From the IMG/VR virus record IMGVR_UViG_3300050821_002963, positions 1-64,000 of that record: a stretch of DNA of 64,000 nucleotides. The stretch is one strand, 5' to 3'. A model generated the notes under the pieces. It saw only the letters and a list, made by a program, of their open reading frames with translations, was not told where the DNA came from and did no database searches. Shown here in pieces: positions 59,026 to 64,000 of the stretch. This DNA comes from a virus. A program made the position numbers and the translations under genes. Position 1 is the stretch's first letter. Every line of letters begins with the position of its first letter.

Positions 59026-59433
59026 ATGAACGAGAATGCAAAAGCATGGATAGCGGCGTTGAGAAGTGGTGAGTACAAGCAGGGGCGGAAAGTTCTTAGA
59101 AACGAGAAGGACGAATACTGTTGCTTGGGTGTGGCTTGCGAGTTAGCGGCCAGGGCTGGGGTAATACCAAAGGCTGAGTTGGTAGTGGCTGAGTTGGTAG
59201 TGGCTGCAGGCAGCAATCCTATCCAGAGAGTTTATCGCTACGATGGGCAGGATTATTATTTGCCTGCATCAGTTGCGTCTTGGCTTGGAGTGGAAACGAT
59301 AGAAGCCAGCTATCAGCGGGAAGGAAGAGCAGCCAATTTGCCGATACACAATGACAACAAGAGAGACAACTTCGAGACCATAGCGGGTGTCATTGAGAAA
59401 GAACCAGAAGGTTTGTTCGTGAAGAATAAATAA
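59026..59433 (+). CDS. Hypothetical phage protein
   Basis: WIAALRSGEYKQG...YCCLGVAC motif; RBS GAGGAG. Confidence 0.65.
   Translation: MNENAKAWIAALRSGEYKQGRKVLRNEKDEYCCLGVACELAARAGVIPKAELVVAELVVAAGSNPIQRVYRYDGQDYYLPASVASWLGVETIEASYQREGRAANLPIHNDNKRDNFETIAGVIEKEPEGLFVKNK
59172..59206 (+). repeat. Perfect 15-nt in-frame tandem duplication
   Basis: GGCTGAGTTGGTAGT x2.3, giving AELVVAELVV. Confidence 0.9.
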
Positions 59434-59434
59434 C

Positions 59435-59463
59435 TTGACAGGTTTCGGTAAGACGGTTATCAT
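59435..59463 (+). promoter_or_regulatory. Sigma70-type promoter
   Basis: TTGACA-N17-TATCAT. Confidence 0.8.
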
Positions 59464-59469
59464 GTAGTC

Positions 59470-59645
59470 GACCAATAGAAAAGTAAACAGCTCTCCAGAC
59501 GGGAACACCCCGAACAGCTGGGAATCTAAGCAGGCGCTAGGTTCCCAGCATCTCTTGTCTGAAGGGTTGAGTTTTAGAAAAAGCACGCCGGTCTATAACC
59601 AGTACGCAGACTAGGTGTCCACTGATGTAGCAAGGTGTGCTTTGA
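59470..59645 (+). ncRNA. Structured non-coding RNA or 5' leader, family unknown
   Basis: Stems 59488-59500/59557-59569, 59517-59528/59538-59549 and 59580-59589/59634-59643 directly downstream of the promoter. Confidence 0.55.
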
Positions 59646-59646
59646 T

Positions 59647-59829
59647 ATGTCACAGCCAGCAACGCCAGGTTTTCCTGTTCCAGTTTCTCCAGCACAGTCT
59701 CCTTCCAAAGTAGTTCAACACGGTGTTCAGCAAAGTTGGGATGGAATCAAAGGTCTGTCCCAGCCGGGTAACACCACGCCAGTAGAAGCCCTCCAAAAAG
59801 ATCCTCGTAAAAATCCGGTTAAGCTCTAG
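59647..59829 (+). CDS. Pro-rich 60-aa protein
   Basis: ORF after the structured leader; SD-like AAGGTG. Confidence 0.5.
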   Translation: MSQPATPGFPVPVSPAQSPSKVVQHGVQQSWDGIKGLSQPGNTTPVEALQKDPRKNPVKL

Positions 59830-59836
59830 AAAGGAA

Positions 59837-60013
59837 ATGATGAGAGACCGGATACTGCAGAACAGACTGAATGGTAGAAAAGGTGGACAGAAAACTGCTC
59901 AGATGTATGGAAAAGAATTCACAGAAGAGAGAGCAAGGATTGCTGGCAACACTTGTCTGATGAGATACGGACGGGAGTTCTACAGGAACATAAGAAAGAA
60001 GAAGGTTGCATGA
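59837..60013 (+). CDS. KGG-repeat (general stress protein-like) microprotein
   Basis: GRKGGQKTAQMYGKEF...YGREFY; RBS AAGGA; absent from the ORF track. Confidence 0.6.
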   Translation: MMRDRILQNRLNGRKGGQKTAQMYGKEFTEERARIAGNTCLMRYGREFYRNIRKKKVA

Positions 60014-60579
60014 GAGCGGCACAGAAGTCCAGGCAAGTTAGGGTAACTTCGGGTAAGAGACCTAGTCCGAACCGTGGAAAAAGCTATATGCCTTTGCCGC
60101 AGCAGGTTCGGGTGATGAAGAAGTATGCAGATGGAAAAAGCATGAGGCAGATTGCAGCAGAAGAGAAGAAGGATGAGGTTACGATTGCCAGGGTGGTGAA
60201 GTCGGAAGAGATGCAGGCATTTGGGAAGTCTTTGTTGGAGAAGATTCTGGGTAGATGCGGGGATAAGTTGGTACTCAGGATTGAGCATGAGATAGAGGAT
60301 TGGGATACGAAGAATGGAGCATGGGTGGCAATGGATTTGGCGGAGAGGATTGGAGCAATCCCACCAAAGATACACAGACAAGCTACAGTGGTTGCGGATG
60401 TTAGTGGTTCAGATGTTGTGGGAGATGTAACGAATCCGGATACTTGGTTGCTGAGGATGGTGCAGTTGGCCAAGGAGAAGGGAAGGGTATTCGGTACGAG
60501 ACTTCCAGATATAGAGGAAGTGCTAACAAAGGAGGAAAGGGAGAAGTACGAGGCGGAGTTGGCGGAGGAACAGGAATAA
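60010..60579 (+). CDS. HTH protein, probable terminase small subunit
   Basis: GKSMRQIAAEEKKDEVTIARVV HTH followed by helical region; position. Confidence 0.5.
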   Translation: MRAAQKSRQVRVTSGKRPSPNRGKSYMPLPQQVRVMKKYADGKSMRQIAAEEKKDEVTIARVVKSEEMQAFGKSLLEKILGRCGDKLVLRIEHEIEDWDTKNGAWVAMDLAERIGAIPPKIHRQATVVADVSGSDVVGDVTNPDTWLLRMVQLAKEKGRVFGTRLPDIEEVLTKEEREKYEAELAEEQE

Positions 60580-60720
60580 TGGCCACAGATTGGTTGCGGC
60601 AAGAAGAGATGGTTCAGATAGAACTGAGTTGCGGACATCCTAATCAGAATGACGGCGAGAAGTGCGAACACTGTGGGGTGGTCATTCCCACTAAGGCGAA
60701 GGCGCCGGAGGATTCTGAGA

Positions 60721-61221
60721 ATGGACGTGTACAGGAAGTACGATGAGCTCCATGGTGTAGAAGACCAGATCGGGCTCAGAGGTTGCTATCAGATTGCTCT
60801 GCTGGATGCAAAGACTGGCAGGGAGTTGCAGAGAGTAAAGATTGACAACGTGGTGGTTACCTCTGGGAGAAGATACGTTCTTTCCAGATTGGTCAGCAAC
60901 GCGCCACAGACGGATACGATGAACGCCATCTCGGTTGGGACCAGCACAACGGCTCCAGCAACGGGAGACACGATTCTGGGTTCGGAAGCATTGAGAATTG
61001 CCATTGCTTCTTTCGACACATCGAACATGACGAGCAATCCGCCAAGCTGGAACGCGCAGTGCACATTTGCGACGAACCAAGCTAACACAACTCTGGGAGA
61101 AGCTGGGTTATTCAACAGCACTGCCAGCAACGTTCAAACGATGCTGTCCCACGTGACATTCGCCATAATCAACAAGACGACATCGAACACGCTGGCGATT
61201 ACCTACACAATCAGCAACTAG
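60721..61221 (+). CDS. Virion structural protein (tail-associated)
   Basis: NVVVTSGR...ISVGT.TTAP..GDT.LG.E...EAGLFN...KT....L.ITYTI motif. Confidence 0.7.
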   Translation: MDVYRKYDELHGVEDQIGLRGCYQIALLDAKTGRELQRVKIDNVVVTSGRRYVLSRLVSNAPQTDTMNAISVGTSTTAPATGDTILGSEALRIAIASFDTSNMTSNPPSWNAQCTFATNQANTTLGEAGLFNSTASNVQTMLSHVTFAIINKTTSNTLAITYTISN

Positions 61222-61268
61222 GCCCCAATGGAAGATGGGGAGAGATTCCATTAGGGGAGGAACTAAAA

Positions 61269-61592
61269 GTGGGTCCACAAAAAATAGGAGAGTACGTAAA
61301 TGGAAATGGAATCAAGCGCTGGCATCTTGGTCTATCATTCTTGATAGCGCTGCTGGCGCTTGGTAACTCTTTTTTCTATCCCAGTAGCAATGGAGTTAAA
61401 GTAGAAGAACATCTGAGATATATAGACGCCAGATTGGACAAGTACGATTCCGATCTGGCTAGGAAAGATGTTCTCTACTCCAGATTTGAACAATACGACA
61501 AACAGCTAACTCGGCAAGAGGATACTATCAGAGAGCAGACCAAAGCGTTAGAGCAGTTGCAGGCCCAGTTGGCTAGGAGCAGGAGGAATTAG
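61269..61592 (+). CDS. Single-TM coiled-coil protein (possible lysis/holin-like)
   Basis: TM helix plus coiled coil; RBS GGAGG. Confidence 0.45.
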   Translation: MGPQKIGEYVNGNGIKRWHLGLSFLIALLALGNSFFYPSSNGVKVEEHLRYIDARLDKYDSDLARKDVLYSRFEQYDKQLTRQEDTIREQTKALEQLQAQLARSRRN

Positions 61593-61595
61593 AGG

Positions 61596-61922
61596 ATGTC
61601 TATGGATAAGATGGGGATCAACTGGAGATACGATACGCTGGTGCTGGTTGTTTCCACCTGGCTACTTGGGTTGTTTAGCTTGGGTGTACTTGTCAGGCAG
61701 TTAAAAGTTAACAACCTAGCGAATCGAGCTACATTGGAAAGGGTGGCGACACAGATCATAGAAGCGAACAGTTCGGAGCGATTATTGATTCAGCAGGCCA
61801 ATGAGATACAGGTTAGACAAAGGGCTATCAACGATAACCTGGACGATAATCTGGTGAAGCTGAAAGAACTGCATGCCGCGTTGCAGAGAGAAGCTGGTAA
61901 GAGAAAGGAGAAGAATGAGTAA
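61596..61922 (+). CDS. Single-TM coiled-coil protein (possible spanin-like)
   Basis: TM helix plus coiled coil. Confidence 0.4.
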   Translation: MSMDKMGINWRYDTLVLVVSTWLLGLFSLGVLVRQLKVNNLANRATLERVATQIIEANSSERLLIQQANEIQVRQRAINDNLDDNLVKLKELHAALQREAGKRKEKNE

Positions 61923-62649
61923 CTTCCATCTGCACAGTCTGGTGGCAGAACAGGAGTTGGGTTGGAACTGGGATGGGAAAGCCTTTTTCAGAATAAGAAC
62001 GGGAGATTGGGATAGACAGGAGCCGGTAGACCCAGCACCGGCATACGGTCACGATAATTATCTGGCGGGGCAGATGCTGATGCTATCAGCAAAGACGTTT
62101 CCAATAGACAGAGACGTGACGATGTATCTATTGGACAGGGAGACAACGGATAGAACAAACGGATGTACTCACATCGGCAACAAGTATTATTCTGGTCTGC
62201 CTAAGGACAAGAACGATGAGTATCCGTGGGATGCAACGATAGTTCTATATGGCAAGAGAATTCCACCACACCCAGCAATGACAAGATATCTGGTGGCACA
62301 CGAATACGGTCATGTGGTCAAGAAGTACATCAGTTGGATGCGGGGAGAGAAGGAAGCAGACGATAAGTTGTACAAGGAGTATGGAGAAGTCAGGGAGATG
62401 GAGCAGGTCAAGAGCTATGGACCTGGCACGTGGCACAAAGCAGTATCGGAGTTGTTTGCGAATGATTTCCGGATGTTGGTTACAGGGGTAGAGAAAGAGT
62501 ATTGGCCTCATCCTGGATTCAAGAGGCCGGAAGAACTGGACAAGGTGCAGTTGTGGTGGACACACGCGAAAGAGCTGGCACACAAGGAGAATGAGAATGA
62601 GAAGGATGTTGTTGGCAGTGTTCCTGCTGCTGAGTTGCGTAACAGCTAG
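61915..62649 (+). CDS. Zincin-like metallopeptidase
   Basis: VAHEYGH and downstream ELFANDF. Confidence 0.7.
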   Translation: MSNFHLHSLVAEQELGWNWDGKAFFRIRTGDWDRQEPVDPAPAYGHDNYLAGQMLMLSAKTFPIDRDVTMYLLDRETTDRTNGCTHIGNKYYSGLPKDKNDEYPWDATIVLYGKRIPPHPAMTRYLVAHEYGHVVKKYISWMRGEKEADDKLYKEYGEVREMEQVKSYGPGTWHKAVSELFANDFRMLVTGVEKEYWPHPGFKRPEELDKVQLWWTHAKELAHKENENEKDVVGSVPAAELRNS

Positions 62650-62971
62650 ACCTCAGGCTCAGACCCAATCGAGACAGTTTTCCATCCAAGTGGTAGCGGC
62701 TGGCTCGAAGCGTTTGGTAAATCTCTCTTGGACGCCTGGTCCACCGGTAGCTTGCGGAACGGTAGTCGGCTACAAGATTTACAAAAGCACAGCCGCGACA
62801 ATAGATACTATGGAGTATCTGGCTTCCACGGCGACAACTATTTATGTAGATCAGGCGGTTACCTCTGGACACACTTATTTTTATCTGGTAACAGCTTACG
62901 TGGATAGTACGAGCAGTTGCTTTCCACCAGAGAGTAATCCATCTAATACGGTCTCGGCGGTTATTCCTTAA
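62597..62971 (+). CDS. Secreted FN3-domain protein
   Basis: Signal peptide; VNLSWTP..VVGYKIY...YVD..V.SG.TY.Y.VTA...ES.PSN. Confidence 0.8.
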   Translation: MRRMLLAVFLLLSCVTARPQAQTQSRQFSIQVVAAGSKRLVNLSWTPGPPVACGTVVGYKIYKSTAATIDTMEYLASTATTIYVDQAVTSGHTYFYLVTAYVDSTSSCFPPESNPSNTVSAVIP

Positions 62972-62983
62972 GAGGGAGTGGAC

Positions 62984-63877
62984 ATGAAAGCATTATTGGC
63001 TATTTTGACGTTGATGGTTTTGTGGGGAGATCCGGTTCCACCGGCAGCTCCGATTCTATCCAGCGTGACACCGAGTAGGATTGCGGTTGCTTCACCGGAT
63101 ACGGGAGTAGCACTAGCTGGTAGCAACTTTCGTTCCAATGCCAGAGCGGTGTTAAACCAGACACAGCCATTGACAACGAATTTCATAAGCTCGACAGCAC
63201 TGAGGGCTATCATACCGGCGGTAAGCTTGAAGACGCCTGGAACGGCTTCCATTTTGGTTTCACAATCGACGGGTTCGAATCAGTCGGCTTCGAAGAGTCT
63301 GTCAATTACGATTGCGGCAGCCCCAACGCCAACGATTACCACAATCAGTCCGGCTCATGTGGTGTTGGGTAGTCCAGCATTTACGCTGACGGTTAACGGT
63401 ACGAACTTTTCCAGTTCGTCGGTGGTCATGTGGGACTCGACGGCACTGGTGACCACATTCGTAAGTGCTGCACAGCTGACAGCAGCAGTTCCGAATACGT
63501 TGTACAATCTGGTCGGCACTTCCAGTATCACGGTCAAAGATACTTCGGGAGTATCGGCACCAGCTACTATGACCAAGGTTGGGGTGCTGACGATTACGGC
63601 GGTAGCACTTCCTGGTGGACAAGTCAATACGGTATACCAGACGACAACGTTGACAGCCACGGGTGGCACGGCGCCATACACTTGGACTCTGGCTACGGGG
63701 AGCAGTTTACCTGCAGGCCTGACACTAAGCTCAGCAGGAGTTATCAGTGGCACACCAACGGGTGTTGGCATAACGACATTTCCTTCGACGGTTACGTTTA
63801 CGGTGGTGGTAACAGACGCTACTGGAACACTGGCAAGACGGAAGTTTACATTTGGTAAAGCGGTTTCGGGGAAGTAA
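62984..63877 (+). CDS. Secreted protein with two IPT/TIG domains and a putative Ig (He_PIG-like) domain
   Basis: P.ITTISP...LTVNGTNF...TTFVS..QLTA; GGTAPYTW....LPAGLTLSS.GVISGTPT. Confidence 0.8.
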   Translation: MKALLAILTLMVLWGDPVPPAAPILSSVTPSRIAVASPDTGVALAGSNFRSNARAVLNQTQPLTTNFISSTALRAIIPAVSLKTPGTASILVSQSTGSNQSASKSLSITIAAAPTPTITTISPAHVVLGSPAFTLTVNGTNFSSSSVVMWDSTALVTTFVSAAQLTAAVPNTLYNLVGTSSITVKDTSGVSAPATMTKVGVLTITAVALPGGQVNTVYQTTTLTATGGTAPYTWTLATGSSLPAGLTLSSAGVISGTPTGVGITTFPSTVTFTVVVTDATGTLARRKFTFGKAVSGK

Positions 63878-64000
63878 AGATGCGAAAAAGAAAAAGCAAT
63901 CCGGTGACTTTGGAGAGGTTGCTGAAGACAGCTCCTGAAAGTCACCGGTTGACGTTGATGGAAGTAAGAGCACTGAATTCAATTCAGAAGCAGTATAAGG

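Noticed and set aside
59580-59645. Hammerhead/twister ribozyme, SRP RNA or preQ1 riboswitch identity for the structured leader
   Set aside because: Only partial look-alike strings (CTGATG, GCCGGTC); the full conserved cores are absent
1-64000. Numerous minus-strand ORFs (e.g. 2643-3659, 9478-10116, 60084-60671)
   Set aside because: They are shadows of + strand genes with no recognisable motifs
1-64000. CRISPR array, tRNA genes, reverse transcriptase/DGR, integrase, large terminase
   Set aside because: None recognised by eye; the large terminase presumably lies outside the window. A tRNAscan or repeat scan would be needed to be certain

Overview
This window is most of the genome of a tailed dsDNA phage, probably siphovirus-like, with essentially all genes on the + strand. 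The host is possibly an Acidobacterium, a weak inference from the style of the Ig-domain proteins. Bases 1-24.7 kb hold the head and tail module: portal, protease/scaffold, capsid, neck, tail tube, a -1 frameshifting tail chaperone, a 2326-aa tape measure, tail tip and a beta-helix spike. Bases 24.7-52 kb hold a near-complete replication/recombination set: SF2 helicase, DnaB, primase, 5'-3' exonuclease, sigma-like factor, DnaN-like clamp, DnaX-like loader, a UDG-fused family A polymerase split in two around an HD gene, SSB, RecA and a fused SbcD-SbcC. A TGT/DpdA-like gene and folE sit in the same block. Bases 52-59 kb are accessory: NADAR, vWA, a divergent PurA, TPM, PspA, nucleotidyltransferase, SLOG and HAD. 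Bases 59.4-64 kb hold a promoter with a structured leader, a probable small terminase, and membrane or secreted proteins. The most striking pattern is seen twice. An HNH endonuclease sits inside the 5' end of an essential gene (helicase, primase) with no intron; the old 5' end is left upstream and a synonymously recoded replacement 5' end follows the nuclease. All family calls come from motif recognition by eye; no database searches were run.
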